This document shows, piece after piece, positions 40,366 through 51,059 of a stretch of DNA of 64,000 nucleotides. The translations under genes and the position numbers were made by a program. Source of the DNA: a virus (lineage: Duplodnaviria > Caudoviricetes); IMG/VR virus record IMGVR_UViG_3300007961_000135, positions 11,287-75,286 of that record; one strand, given 5' to 3'. Below the pieces are notes generated by a model, which was not told the origin of the DNA, made no database searches, and saw only the letters and a list, made by a program, of their open reading frames with translations. Position 1 is the first letter of the stretch. Each line of letters opens with the position of its first letter.

Positions 40366-40883
40366 TGGTTACTCATATCGACATGGATCTCTCCGAGCTC
40401 AATGAGTTTTTTGAAAAGCTCGGTACCGCCGCGAAGGGAGATTTCAAGCGTGAGCTGTCATCATTCCTGGAGGCGGTCGGCTACGATTTTCTTAGAATCA
40501 TGCACGACGAGATTATCCGCCTCAAGGTTATGGACACCCGCCTGCTGCTGAGAAGCTTTGCGCTGGGTGGTGACAATGGCGTCTGGAAGCTGGAGGACGG
40601 CGGCCTTACCCTTGAGGTAGGCACCACCGTTGATTATGCGTCCTACGCCAACGACGGCCACTGGACGAATCCTAAAGGGACGGCGGCCCGATGGGTGCCG
40701 GGTCATTGGAACGGTGACCGCTTCACCTACGACCCCTCCTCCAAGGAGGGAATGTTGCTGAAACAGCATTGGGTGGAGGGCTCCCATTACTGGGAAAGCG
40801 GCCTCAGGATACTTGAAAAGACTTTTCCCAAGCTGCTGGACAGGAAGCTGCAGGAGTGGATAGACCGATACTTTGGAGGTTGA
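40362..40883 (+). CDS. HK97 gp10-like neck protein
   Basis: DTRLLLRS, EVGTTVDYASYANDGH. Confidence 0.8.
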   Translation: MMVTHIDMDLSELNEFFEKLGTAAKGDFKRELSSFLEAVGYDFLRIMHDEIIRLKVMDTRLLLRSFALGGDNGVWKLEDGGLTLEVGTTVDYASYANDGHWTNPKGTAARWVPGHWNGDRFTYDPSSKEGMLLKQHWVEGSHYWESGLRILEKTFPKLLDRKLQEWIDRYFGG

Positions 40884-40886
40884 AAA

Positions 40887-41402
40887 ATGATAGAGCAGGA
40901 GCTTGCCAGTATCATCATGTTCGTTCTTGCCGCATCCGGAAACCCGACCCCGTATTACTGGAATGTCCCGGAAGACTTCGTATTCCCCGCCGTGTTCTTC
41001 CCGACGCCTGAAATCGACTCGTCCGGAGAGACATTCAGGACATATCGGCTGGATTACGTCTGGTATCTGAAATTCTTTCACACGACTACCCAGGCGGCGC
41101 ACAAGATCGCGCGTGACGCCCTGGAGGCCATAAAGAAGGCTAGGAACCTCATACCGCTGATAGACGAAGACGGTGAGTATCTCACAGAGGGCATAAGAGG
41201 TATTCGCCTTGCGGAGGTGGCGTTGAAGCCGATAGACGACGGTGTGGTACAGCTGACGATACGATTTGCCAGCCGCAGGCCGTATGACGCGCCGGATTCG
41301 GAGCTCATGCAGCACTGGATTTCCACCATCACGGACAAGACGGACGGCACGGAGATTGTCGTCGACAACGACGAAGAAGACGGAACGGAGGAGGACGAAT
41401 AA
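40887..41402 (+). CDS. Tail terminator/completion protein (XkdJ-like)
   Basis: Synteny; FPAVFFP motif. Confidence 0.65.
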   Translation: MIEQELASIIMFVLAASGNPTPYYWNVPEDFVFPAVFFPTPEIDSSGETFRTYRLDYVWYLKFFHTTTQAAHKIARDALEAIKKARNLIPLIDEDGEYLTEGIRGIRLAEVALKPIDDGVVQLTIRFASRRPYDAPDSELMQHWISTITDKTDGTEIVVDNDEEDGTEEDE

Positions 41403-41662
41403 TGGCAGGAGGAACATTCGTAAAGGACGCCGGAAAGGTTCGCCCCGGCACCTATACCAATTTTGAGGACATTGACCCGAGGATCGTCCCCATCGGCGGA
41501 GGCGGCTCGGGAGGTGACGGAGGTGGAGGCCCAATCAAGCCCGATGATTACATTATCGGCAAAATCTTCGCTGTCACCACCACGCCGGACAACAGCACTT
41601 TAATAAATGACTTTGTTGCCGCAGCAGACGATGTCTACTGCGGCACCCTTGTCTATGACTAA
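41402..41662 (+). CDS. 86-aa protein whose N-terminus duplicates the tail-sheath N-terminal arm
   Basis: 17/23 residues identical to the sheath N-terminus, followed by a Gly-rich linker. Confidence 0.6.
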   Translation: MAGGTFVKDAGKVRPGTYTNFEDIDPRIVPIGGGGSGGDGGGGPIKPDDYIIGKIFAVTTTPDNSTLINDFVAAADDVYCGTLVYD

Positions 41663-41677
41663 CAAGGAGGAATCACA

Positions 41678-41878
41678 GTGGCCAATAAAAACATCGAAGC
41701 GGAGCCGGTTGAAAAGGAGCAGAAGTTCCCTGTTTCCCAGCTCCAGAGATTTGCCTACGAGCTGTTCGACGTGCCGACCAGTACGTTCGTAGGCGCGACG
41801 ACCGGCCTCAATGGTGAATACACCGTCGAGGAGGTCAGGAAAATCATTTCCGAATGGAAAGAAAAGGAGGCAAAGTAA
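41678..41878 (+). CDS. Small tail-region protein
   Basis: AAGGAGG RBS; 66 aa preceding the sheath as in PBSX-like tails. Confidence 0.65.
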   Translation: MANKNIEAEPVEKEQKFPVSQLQRFAYELFDVPTSTFVGATTGLNGEYTVEEVRKIISEWKEKEAK

Positions 41879-41881
41879 ACC

Positions 41882-43240
41882 ATGGCGGGAGGAAATTTTG
41901 ACAAAACCGTGGGCAAGGTACGCCCCGGAAACTATGTGAATTTCGAGGACGACAATGTTTCTCTCGTTGCCGGCAATTCTCGCGGCACCGTTCTCGTTCC
42001 CCTTCCGAATACCGATTACGGTCCCTCCGGCGTGTTTATCAGCATTACTGCCGGCTCTCTCGACGCGGCAAAGCCGTACCTCGGTTACAGCGTCACCGAT
42101 ACCGGAGACCCCGCGAACAACATGCTTCTCATAAGAGAGGCTTTCAAGGGCGCCTACCGTGTTATCGCCTACATCTGCACGGACGGCACCGCGAAAGCCA
42201 GCGGTACGGGCGGCGGTGTGACCGGCACAGCAAAATATAAGGGCGCAAGGGGCAATAAGCTCTCTTACGCTATCATCACCAATCCCGCCGGGGGTTTTGA
42301 CGTGGAGATCTCTCTTGACGGCAGCATCGTCGAGACCCATGAGCGTGTTACCGCCGTTACCGATCTTGCCGATTCCAAGTGGATAGACTTCGCTTACAGC
42401 ACCGGCAGTTCTGCGCTTGTGGCAGTAGCCGGCGTTTCTCTCTCCGGAGGCAGCTCCGGCACGACTACCAATTCCAACGTGACCGACTTCCTGGACGCCT
42501 CCGAGGGCGTTGCGTTCAACACGATGTGCTTCCATTTCACCGACGCCACCCTGCAGGCGGCCTGCAAGACCAAGATCAAGTATCTGCGGTCTCAGGTCGG
42601 ACGCGGTGTACAGGCGGTCTGCCCGAACTATGCCGGCGACTACGAGGGTATCATCAACGTCACCAACAGCTACGCGCTGGGCGATTACAACCTGACCACT
42701 GCCGAGGCCTGCGCCTTCGTAGCCGGTATTACCGCCGGCGCCAGCAACGTGGAGTCCAACACCTACAAGGTCGTGGACAGCGCCACCGGCGTTGTCGGCC
42801 TCAAAACCCACGAGGCTGCCGAGACCGCAATCATGAACGGCGAGTTCTTCTTCTCCGCCAGCGAGAGCGGCGACGTCATCGTTGAGTATGACATCAACTC
42901 CCTCAAGACCTTTACCGCCAAGAAGGGCGTGCATTACAGCAAGAACCGCGTCATCCGCGTGTTCGACACCTTCCAGGAAGCTATCCAGCGCAATTTCCCG
43001 CCCAACAAGTACAGCAACGACCCGGACGGCTGGGCGATCATGAAGGGCGTAGGCAACAGCATTCTGAAGCTCTTCGGCCCCAGGTCTGACGGCGGCGTAG
43101 GAGCTATTAAGAACATTGACTACGAGCACGACTTCGTGATCGACGAGGAAAACAGCACCGGCGACCAGACTTTCTTCAACGTCGGCCTGGAGCCCGTGGA
43201 CAGCTCGGAGAAGCTGTACTTCTCCGTGGCGACCAGATAG
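41882..43240 (+). CDS. Tail sheath protein (XkdK-like)
   Basis: VRPGNYVNF, SKNRVIRVFD, EKLYF. Confidence 0.9.
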   Translation: MAGGNFDKTVGKVRPGNYVNFEDDNVSLVAGNSRGTVLVPLPNTDYGPSGVFISITAGSLDAAKPYLGYSVTDTGDPANNMLLIREAFKGAYRVIAYICTDGTAKASGTGGGVTGTAKYKGARGNKLSYAIITNPAGGFDVEISLDGSIVETHERVTAVTDLADSKWIDFAYSTGSSALVAVAGVSLSGGSSGTTTNSNVTDFLDASEGVAFNTMCFHFTDATLQAACKTKIKYLRSQVGRGVQAVCPNYAGDYEGIINVTNSYALGDYNLTTAEACAFVAGITAGASNVESNTYKVVDSATGVVGLKTHEAAETAIMNGEFFFSASESGDVIVEYDINSLKTFTAKKGVHYSKNRVIRVFDTFQEAIQRNFPPNKYSNDPDGWAIMKGVGNSILKLFGPRSDGGVGAIKNIDYEHDFVIDEENSTGDQTFFNVGLEPVDSSEKLYFSVATR

Positions 43241-43254
43241 GAGGGTAAAAGCGC

Positions 43255-43692
43255 ATGAGCGTTATGCAGTACAACAAGAGCCCCATTTCTCTTAAAGAGG
43301 GCAAGGTCTTCATCGACGGCGTGGAGGTTCTGGACAGCGTCACCTGTGAAATAACCTTTACGCCTGACGTGTGGACGGGCAGGCAGCTCGGCGAGCGTAC
43401 TCCGTCCTCCCGCTGGACGGGCTACACCATAACCGGCACCATCACCCGCCGCCGCTCCACCAACTGGCTGGAGCAGAAAATCAGAGAGTACAAGACTACC
43501 GGCAAGACGCCCGAGATGACCATTCAGGGCGTCATGAACGACGAGAACAGCGACTACTACGAGGCCAACGGCACCAATGTCGTTACAGCTGTCGGGTGTG
43601 TCCTCACCGGCAATCTTCCTCTGACCCGCCTCGATTCCAACGGTGACATCGTGGACGACCAGATCTCTTTCAACGCAAAAGACTTCGCATAA
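43255..43692 (+). CDS. Tail tube protein (XkdM-like)
   Basis: Follows the sheath; 145 aa; typical PBSX tube pattern. Confidence 0.85.
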   Translation: MSVMQYNKSPISLKEGKVFIDGVEVLDSVTCEITFTPDVWTGRQLGERTPSSRWTGYTITGTITRRRSTNWLEQKIREYKTTGKTPEMTIQGVMNDENSDYYEANGTNVVTAVGCVLTGNLPLTRLDSNGDIVDDQISFNAKDFA

Positions 43693-43794
43693 TCCCCTAT
43701 GCAGAACAGCCCCGGGGCTTCCGGGGCTGTCTTTTGCTGCCTTTTATCAATAATCGCTGCTTTTCCGCAGCGGACACTTTTTAGGAGGTTAATC

Positions 43795-44262
43795 ATGGCC
43801 AATAAGAGCCTTAAATATTTCATGCGCGACACTACGCCCAAAACCGTTATCGTCCCCGGTCCGGAGACCTTCAAGGACGAAGAGGGCAAGGTCATAGACT
43901 TTGAAATCAAAGTGCTTACCCAGTCCGAAATCATGAAAATCAACGACGCCTATCGCGTTCACCGGGCAGCCCGCGACAAAAAAGGCAATCCACTGGTGCT
44001 GAACAATGAGGTCGTCTGGGAGACCGAGCGCGACAATGCCCGTGCCTCACGGCACATGATTGTGGAGGCTCTGTTGTATCCCAACCTGAAAGACCCGGAG
44101 CTGATGAAGCACTACAACTGCGTGGACGTCACGGATATGCCCCTGCACGTATTTCCGCGAGCGGACGAGTATCAGCACGTTACCAAAATCGTCATGCAGG
44201 CTCTTGGCCTCGGTGCCGACGAGCTCGAAGACGAAGAGGATATTAAAGACGCAAAAAACTGA
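43795..44262 (+). CDS. Tail assembly chaperone (XkdN-like)
   Basis: IVEALLYPNLKDPELMKHY; ends GCA-AAA-AAC-TGA slippery site. Confidence 0.85.
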   Translation: MANKSLKYFMRDTTPKTVIVPGPETFKDEEGKVIDFEIKVLTQSEIMKINDAYRVHRAARDKKGNPLVLNNEVVWETERDNARASRHMIVEALLYPNLKDPELMKHYNCVDVTDMPLHVFPRADEYQHVTKIVMQALGLGADELEDEEDIKDAKN

Positions 44263-44447
44263 TTGCCGCCGAGGGCTCTGACGCCTATTGGGCTCACCGC
44301 CTTTGGCAGCGGCACAACCTTCGACCGGAGGAATTTGAGGCCATGCCCCGCCGTATGAAGTTGTTTTACATCGCCAGCGAAATGACCGAGGCTAAAACCC
44401 CGGTGAGGCGGGACACATGGAGACCATTCAAGAAAGGAGGCGCGTAA
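44253..44447 (+). CDS. -1 frameshift extension of the tail chaperone
   Basis: A-AAA-AAC heptamer at 44253-44259; -1 frame is open: KLIAAEGSDAYWAHRLWQRHNLRPEEFEAMPRRMKLFYIASE... Confidence 0.75.
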   Translation, partial: KKLIAAEGSDAYWAHRLWQRHNLRPEEFEAMPRRMKLFYIASEMTEAKTPVRRDTWRPFKKGGA

Positions 44448-44450
44448 CAA

Positions 44451-47400
44451 ATGGCTAATCTGACCGCGACTTTTAAGCTCATAGACAATATGAGTAACAA
44501 AATGGCTCAAATGGGCAGTACGGGCAATAACATGCTGCGCTCATGGCAGAGCTCTGGCCAGTCCGTTAATGACGCGCTTTCCAGAATAGACGGAACCGCC
44601 TCCGGAGCGGTCCGTAGCGTTGACGGAGTAGCCAAGTCTGTCGAAGCCTTTGACAGAACATCGGCCGGGGCATCATCGGTCGGCGACAAGCTTGCCGGTG
44701 CCATGAACAACGTATCTCAGTCCGCGAGCGCAGCGGCGCCGCAGACGGAGGATTGGACCGACTCAATAGACGAAGCCGCCCAATCAGCTCGTGAAGCTGC
44801 TGACGCCTCCGGAAAGCTGGCAGAAGCTGCCGAAGATGCCGGCGAAGCCGCCGAGGAAGCCTCCGACGATCTGGAGGACCTGGGCGAGAACGGCATGAAT
44901 TCCATACAGGCTCTGTCTGGCGCTTTGGCCTCTGCCGGTATCGTTAAGATTTTAGAGGAGATTGGAGAAAAGGCTCTTGAAGCAGCCGGCAAGGCTGAAC
45001 GCTTTGAGACGTCTATCGCCCAGCTCCAAACGATAGCCGGCGGCAATCAAATAAGCTACCTCACAGGCGATATCAGCGCCTTGTCCCGGGAAACGGGGCA
45101 GGCGGCGTCCGGCCTCGCAACGGTATCCTATAACGCTATTTCCGCAGGCTCGGCAGTTGAGGATGCGGTTTACAATGCGGGAGCGGCCAGCAAATTGGCC
45201 GTGGCAGGATTCACCGATACTACCTCCGCCCTGTCCGTGCTTTCCACTACCATGAACTCCTACGGAGAGGCGGCAGGCTCGGCGACGGAGATCTCCGACA
45301 GTCTTATCATGGTGCAGAATCTCGGCGTTACCACCGTGGCAGAGCTGTCCCAGCAAATGGGCCGCGCCATTGCCGTGGCCTCCGGCTATAACGTATCTCT
45401 CGGAAATCTCGAAGCGGCGTATATCTCCACCACCAAGGCCGGTATCAACACGGCCATGTCCACGACCTATATCAGCGGAATGCTGTCGGAATTAGGCAAT
45501 GCCGGCAGCGACGTTTCCGTTATCCTCCAGGAGACCACCGGAAAGACCTTCGGCCAGCTCATGGAACAGGGCGAGAGCCTTGCCGATGTGCTGGGTGTCC
45601 TGTACGACAGCGTGAACGGTGACACCGAGGCATTTATGAACCTGTGGGGAAGCACAACGGCAGGCATGGCGGCAGCGGCTATCATCAACCAGGGCCTTGA
45701 ACAGTTCAATGAGAACCTGCAGGCGGTTGAAAACTCTGCCGGTGCGACGGAAGAATCATACAAAGTCATGGCGGACACGACGGAGTTTGCTCACCAGAGG
45801 ATGATAAACTCCATGGAGCAGGTAAGTATCGCCTATGGCACTACGATAAACCCGCTTCTTGAAAAATACTACAACGCGAAGGCTGAAATCCTGAACGGCA
45901 TAGCGGAGTTCATTGATGAACATCCGAAGGTTGTCAAGGCGGCTTCGTCCCTGGCCATCGGGATCGGCGTCGTAGCCGGAGCGATCGCCCTTGCCGGCAT
46001 AAAGGCATTGGCTGCCATACCGGCTGTCGCCGCCTTTGGCACGGCGTTTACCGCGGCCCTCGGGCCTATCGGCTGGGCGGCTGTCGCTATCGGCGCCGTA
46101 GTTGCAGCCGGCGTCGCTTTCATCGCCATGAGCAGCGACGCGGAGGACGCCACAGAGAGACTCACTTATGCTTCTCAGGAACAGGAAAAGGAGCTTGCCG
46201 AACTCAACGCCCAGTATGAGGAAGCCTGCGCCAGATCCGGCAGTCTTTTAGGCGAGGCCGGGGAGCTGGCTCTCAAAATCTCCCGCCTCGAGGAAGCATA
46301 CGGCGGGACAGGCAAAACCCTCGGCAAGCTAATCGAGGAAATCAACGCCACCGGCGAAGCGATTTCCGGCATTCACCAGAGCTATGAGGACGCCATAACC
46401 GACGCGAACAGCCTCGAAACAGGCTCTACGCGGCTTATAAGCCAGCTCTTTGTTCTGGCCGGACAGACGGACGACACCGGCGCCAACCTTGACGTCATGC
46501 GGGGCATTGTGGATAAGCTCAACAGCTCCTACGAAGGCCTCGGTCTCACCATCGACGAGACTACCGGCAAGCTGTCCATGTCCGTTCCCGACCTCTACGA
46601 CTATATCCAGAAGATTGCGGAACAGCAGAAGAAGCAGGCGGCCACCGACGCCCTTGTTTCAGCCATTGCCGAGTTTGATACTGCCCGGCAGAAAGTTTCA
46701 GAAGCAGCTGACGAAGTGCTGTTGTCTTGGAATAAGAAGCAGGAATATGCAGGGACTATATCTCCCTTTGACTCCGCAGCGAACATTGCTTACGCAAACG
46801 CCCGCGAAACTTATGAACTGACGTCAATTCGGTTGGGAGAGGCCAAACAGCACTATACCGACCTGATAAGCAATATTCGGACATACTGTGAAGAACTTGG
46901 GTATTCTTCCGAACAGACAGAGGCGTTCATAGAACAGCTTATAGCCTCGTCGGAGGGCGCAGACAGTCTTGCCGATAGTCTTCAGGAGACCGAAGCCGCT
47001 ACCAGCGACTATGAAGAGGCCGCCGCCTCCGCTTTCCAGAGTGTCAAGGGTGAGATCGACAAGCTCTGCCAGGCATACGACGATGCCTATAACGCGGCGC
47101 TTGAAAGCTTTAACGGGCAATTCGGCCTCTTTGACGAAGCCCAGACCAGCGCCGACGCCACTGTTGAGAACGCCCAAAAGGCCCTTGACAGCCAACTTGC
47201 CTACTGGAACAACTACCTTGCCAACATCGAAGCTCTGAAGGCCGTCTCCGCAGAGGACCTTGGCGTCACACAGGAAAACTATGAGGCGCTTATGGCCTAT
47301 GTCCAGAGCGGTACCGAAGAGGCCGCCGGGCTGGCCGCGAGCATGGTCAAGGACATCAATGCCGGGCATGAGGAGGCTGTCGCACAGCTCGCCACTACTC

Positions 47401-48398
47401 TCGGTGATGTGCAGACAAAGCAGCAGGAGGCCGCTGACTCCGTCGCCGATTGGCAGGTGGACTTTTACTCTAAGCTGGATGATCTCAGTGATAAGTTCGA
47501 TGAAGTAGTGGAAGGCCTTGACCTCTCTGATGAAGCGGAAGCGGCCGCGAGCGATACCTTCCAGGCGTATATAGACGAGATCGAGAGGAAGGGCGATTCG
47601 GCGGTGGCCGCAGCACAGCGCGTAGCGGACAGAGTGTCGGCGGCGCTGTCCAGCGCCAGCGGCAACATAAGTGTCAATCTGAATGCGCCGGCTCCCGGCC
47701 ACGCCAAAGGCACCGACTATGCCGAGAACGTCTTTGTCGCCGGCGAGGAAGGCCCGGAACTCATACGCAGAGCGGCAGGCTCTTACTCCAAGCCGGAATA
47801 CTTCTTTGCCGGCCTGAACGGGCCTGAGCTCATCGTCGGAGAGCAGGGCGCGAAGGTCTATACCAACGAGGAAACGAAAAACCTCATAGGCAACGCTGCG
47901 GGGGCAAGCCCCTTGTCTCAGGTGGGCGACATCAGCTACGGCGACACTATCACCACGAGCTATGACCGGACCTATGATACAGACTACTTCTACGACATGG
48001 GTCGGCAGTCGGAGGTGTTGTCCGAGCGCGCCGAGCCGGAAGTCATGCCCGACAGCGGGAACAAGACCATCATTTCTTTCGCCCCGGACTTTATGGAAAG
48101 GATCGGCGGAAAGACCCGGATTTATGACACCGAGGACACGGAGGCAGCGCCTTTCAGGACTGTCGGAGAGCCTGACGACTATCGGGAGGGACAGCCTTCC
48201 GGCGGTCTTCGCGGAGGCAGCTCGGAAGATACCCGGCATATCTATCTCGACATCACCGGCAGCGGCGCCATCAAGGTCAGCGCCGGTATGGACAGAGAAA
48301 CGGTGCTGGAGCTCCTGCAAGAGAACCTTAAGCCCGTGCTTGCGGGTATCATCCAGGAGGAGATCTTCGAGGAGGGGGATTTGAGCTATGATTACTAA
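44451..48398 (+). CDS. Tape measure protein
   Basis: 1315 aa, Ala-rich, TP901-type core, central hydrophobic segments. Confidence 0.9.
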   Translation: MANLTATFKLIDNMSNKMAQMGSTGNNMLRSWQSSGQSVNDALSRIDGTASGAVRSVDGVAKSVEAFDRTSAGASSVGDKLAGAMNNVSQSASAAAPQTEDWTDSIDEAAQSAREAADASGKLAEAAEDAGEAAEEASDDLEDLGENGMNSIQALSGALASAGIVKILEEIGEKALEAAGKAERFETSIAQLQTIAGGNQISYLTGDISALSRETGQAASGLATVSYNAISAGSAVEDAVYNAGAASKLAVAGFTDTTSALSVLSTTMNSYGEAAGSATEISDSLIMVQNLGVTTVAELSQQMGRAIAVASGYNVSLGNLEAAYISTTKAGINTAMSTTYISGMLSELGNAGSDVSVILQETTGKTFGQLMEQGESLADVLGVLYDSVNGDTEAFMNLWGSTTAGMAAAAIINQGLEQFNENLQAVENSAGATEESYKVMADTTEFAHQRMINSMEQVSIAYGTTINPLLEKYYNAKAEILNGIAEFIDEHPKVVKAASSLAIGIGVVAGAIALAGIKALAAIPAVAAFGTAFTAALGPIGWAAVAIGAVVAAGVAFIAMSSDAEDATERLTYASQEQEKELAELNAQYEEACARSGSLLGEAGELALKISRLEEAYGGTGKTLGKLIEEINATGEAISGIHQSYEDAITDANSLETGSTRLISQLFVLAGQTDDTGANLDVMRGIVDKLNSSYEGLGLTIDETTGKLSMSVPDLYDYIQKIAEQQKKQAATDALVSAIAEFDTARQKVSEAADEVLLSWNKKQEYAGTISPFDSAANIAYANARETYELTSIRLGEAKQHYTDLISNIRTYCEELGYSSEQTEAFIEQLIASSEGADSLADSLQETEAATSDYEEAAASAFQSVKGEIDKLCQAYDDAYNAALESFNGQFGLFDEAQTSADATVENAQKALDSQLAYWNNYLANIEALKAVSAEDLGVTQENYEALMAYVQSGTEEAAGLAASMVKDINAGHEEAVAQLATTLGDVQTKQQEAADSVADWQVDFYSKLDDLSDKFDEVVEGLDLSDEAEAAASDTFQAYIDEIERKGDSAVAAAQRVADRVSAALSSASGNISVNLNAPAPGHAKGTDYAENVFVAGEEGPELIRRAAGSYSKPEYFFAGLNGPELIVGEQGAKVYTNEETKNLIGNAAGASPLSQVGDISYGDTITTSYDRTYDTDYFYDMGRQSEVLSERAEPEVMPDSGNKTIISFAPDFMERIGGKTRIYDTEDTEAAPFRTVGEPDDYREGQPSGGLRGGSSEDTRHIYLDITGSGAIKVSAGMDRETVLELLQENLKPVLAGIIQEEIFEEGDLSYDY

Positions 48399-49050
48399 TT
48401 ATCAGATGTGGATGACCGCCAACGGCTCCACCGTCAAGCTCCAATTCCCCGTTCATCCTGATAAGATCGAGGTCCGCAGGAACGGCAACAACGACACCGT
48501 AAACCTCACCGGGATAGGCGAGGTGACGATCATCCAGAAGCCCGCAGCGGACAGAGTGACATGGAAATGCTTTTTTCCCGCGGCGTCATTTCCTGGCGTA
48601 AAGGGGAGCCTGCAGGAGCCTATGAGCTACGTTAAGCAGCTCAACGCCTGGAAGAACAGCGAAGAGCCGGTCTATTTTGTCTCGACGGCCTGCGGTATCT
48701 GCGACTACTACACCATAGAGGGTTTCACCTACTCCGAGGAAGGCGGCGACGTCGGTACTATCCAGTATTCGATAGAGCTGAAGCGTTACACGGAGCTTGG
48801 AGCCCGGACCGTAACGGTAAGCCTCGATGAGCAGCGGGCCACCGTCCCAAAGCAGAACGACAGCCCCAGGGTGGACAACACGGAGACGCCGCAGACCTAC
48901 ACCGTTAAAAGCGGAGACAACCTGTACAAGATCGCCAAGACCCTCTACGGCGACGGCTCCCTGTGGACCAAGATATATGACGCAAACAGGGACAAGATTT
49001 CAAACCCCAATCTAATATACCCGGGGCAGATATTTACGATTCCAAGCTAA
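48388..49050 (+). CDS. LysM-domain baseplate/tube initiator (XkdP-like)
   Basis: C-terminal [14 protein letters not shown]...NPNLIYPGQ LysM. Confidence 0.9.
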   Translation: MITNYQMWMTANGSTVKLQFPVHPDKIEVRRNGNNDTVNLTGIGEVTIIQKPAADRVTWKCFFPAASFPGVKGSLQEPMSYVKQLNAWKNSEEPVYFVSTACGICDYYTIEGFTYSEEGGDVGTIQYSIELKRYTELGARTVTVSLDEQRATVPKQNDSPRVDNTETPQTYTVKSGDNLYKIAKTLYGDGSLWTKIYDANRDKISNPNLIYPGQIFTIPS

Positions 49051-49054
49051 GGGG

Positions 49055-50266
49055 GTGGGTGAAATAGCAAAGTATCAGCTTTTGCTGTTCAAATCCGGCT
49101 CCTCCGGGACCGACATCACGAATCTCTGCCAGCAGATAAAGTGGAAGGGGCGAAAGGGCAGCGCGGCGCGAAGCGTAGCAGCGAAGCTCATAGACGACGA
49201 CGGCGCCAAGCATTACCGCTCCGGCATTACCGTTGAGGACGGTCACCAGGTCGTTTTCCTTGTGGACGGCGACGAGGTTTTCCGAGGCATTGTCATGTCC
49301 ACCGGGCAGACCGGTAAAAAGCTGATGACCGTGACTGCCTACGACAACGGGATATACCTCGCCAACAACAAGGACACCTTTTGCTACGAAAACAAGACTG
49401 CCGACGAGGTCTTCCGGGATGTTATGTCCCGTTTCGGTCTGCCCGTCGGCACGGTGGCTTCCTGCTCTTACGTCATCCCGGAGCTGACAAAGAGTAAAAC
49501 TTCTGCCTTTGACGCCATAGCCGACGCGCTGAACCTCGATTACAAAAACGCACAGGTCAGGCATTACATAGCCAGCTCAAAGGGGAAGATAAGCCTGCTC
49601 ACCCGGAGGGAAAATATCCTGCAATGGGTGATCGAGCCTACCTCCAACCTCATAGATTACAGTCTGAGCAAAAGCATTGAGAAGACCAGAACCCGTATAA
49701 AGCTGGTTTCCAACGAGGGCACCGTTCTGGCGGAGGCCTCCGACACGGCGCTGGAGGAAAAGATCGGCATGTTCCAAGACATAGAACAGCCGGATGAAAC
49801 GCTTACACAGGCGCAGCTTACGGCGCTGGCCAAGTCGATATGCGCCGAAAAAGCCGTTGTGGAAAACACGCTTACCCTCGACGCCCTGGGTATAAAGGAA
49901 GTAATCTCCGGCGTGGGTGTTTTTGTCAACATCCCGCACCTGGGACTCTCCCGCACTTTCTATGTGGACGAGGACACTCACGTCTTCGAGGGCAACAAGC
50001 ACACCATGAACCTAAAGCTGAACGTAGCCAGCGACGTGGGAGCTGGTACCGGAACGCAAGTCCAGAGCGGCGGTAAAAGGTATGTGGTAGTTGCCAAATC
50101 CGGCCTGCACATCAGAAGCGGTGCCGGAACAGACTGCGCCTCCCTCGGCGTTCTGCCCTACGGTACATCATTCTCCGGAGATGGGCAGGAAAGCGACGGC
50201 TGGATACACGGCACGGCCAACGGGCTTACAGGGTGGTCATACGGCGGCTATCTGAGCGAAGCATAG
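49055..50266 (+). CDS. Baseplate hub (XkdQ-like) with C-terminal SH3b domain
   Basis: Synteny; C-terminal LHIRSGAGT...GWSYGGYL. Confidence 0.8.
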   Translation: MGEIAKYQLLLFKSGSSGTDITNLCQQIKWKGRKGSAARSVAAKLIDDDGAKHYRSGITVEDGHQVVFLVDGDEVFRGIVMSTGQTGKKLMTVTAYDNGIYLANNKDTFCYENKTADEVFRDVMSRFGLPVGTVASCSYVIPELTKSKTSAFDAIADALNLDYKNAQVRHYIASSKGKISLLTRRENILQWVIEPTSNLIDYSLSKSIEKTRTRIKLVSNEGTVLAEASDTALEEKIGMFQDIEQPDETLTQAQLTALAKSICAEKAVVENTLTLDALGIKEVISGVGVFVNIPHLGLSRTFYVDEDTHVFEGNKHTMNLKLNVASDVGAGTGTQVQSGGKRYVVVAKSGLHIRSGAGTDCASLGVLPYGTSFSGDGQESDGWIHGTANGLTGWSYGGYLSEA

Positions 50267-50280
50267 GAAGGAGGCAGCGG

Positions 50281-50640
50281 ATGAATACGGACGAAGCTCT
50301 CAGTTTGAAAGGACTTTTCCAGGGCATAATACCACCGGCCTGTGCGCTGGTGCAGGGGACGGTAATCTCTATCACCCCTCTGAAAATCCAAATCAAAAAC
50401 GACGAGAAGCTGATAATCGGCGCCGCGGCTACGGTAATACCCAAGCACCTGACGGATCACACCGTTACGGTGACGATACCGAGCTCCGGCGCTCACTCTC
50501 AGTACACCGGCAACGGTTTACACAGCCATACGGAGGTAACTATGACGGTATATAACGGACTGCGGAAAGGGGACGAGCTTCACCTGCTGGCGGTGCAGAA
50601 CGGCAAAAAGTATTTCGCCCTCGGCCGCGTTGCAGGATAG
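50281..50640 (+). CDS. Baseplate spike-like protein (XkdR/DUF2577)
   Basis: GTVISITPLKI, LRKGDELHLL. Confidence 0.75.
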   Translation: MNTDEALSLKGLFQGIIPPACALVQGTVISITPLKIQIKNDEKLIIGAAATVIPKHLTDHTVTVTIPSSGAHSQYTGNGLHSHTEVTMTVYNGLRKGDELHLLAVQNGKKYFALGRVAG

Positions 50641-51059
50641 TGGCCGCCGTGAATTTCCTGGAGTTGCCTGTAGAAACGTTTGAGGAGGCCAAGGAGGCAC
50701 CGTCCCTGACCTATAAACTCGACCTGAACACGGGCAGAATCGTCGGCAAAATCGACGGCAAAGAAGCGGTCCGGCAGGCAATACGAAAAGCAATAATAAC
50801 ACCGCGCTGGAAGTGCCTCATATACAGCAATCAGTACGGAAGCGAGATAGAGCGGTCGTATATAGCCGGAAACGCCTCCCTGGACTTTATCAGGGCTACC
50901 ATAGAGGCGTATATAAAAGACGCCCTCTTGCCGGACACGCGGATCCTCCGCTGTTATGATTTTGACGTGACTCAGGAGGACAACAGCGTGTATATTTCCT
51001 TCAAATGCGATACGGTCTTCGGGGAAATCTCAATGAAAGAGGTGATAGAGGGTGTTTGA
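50640..51059 (+). CDS. Baseplate wedge protein (XkdS/DUF2634)
   Basis: EAVRQAIRKAIITPR...YGSE. Confidence 0.8.
   Translation: MAAVNFLELPVETFEEAKEAPSLTYKLDLNTGRIVGKIDGKEAVRQAIRKAIITPRWKCLIYSNQYGSEIERSYIAGNASLDFIRATIEAYIKDALLPDTRILRCYDFDVTQEDNSVYISFKCDTVFGEISMKEVIEGV

Noticed and set aside
33571-48320. Long minus-strand ORFs (33571-34671, 37135-37734, 41600-43129, 46824-48320 and others)
   Set aside because: These are antisense shadows of GC3-biased structural genes, with no RBS or recognisable domains.
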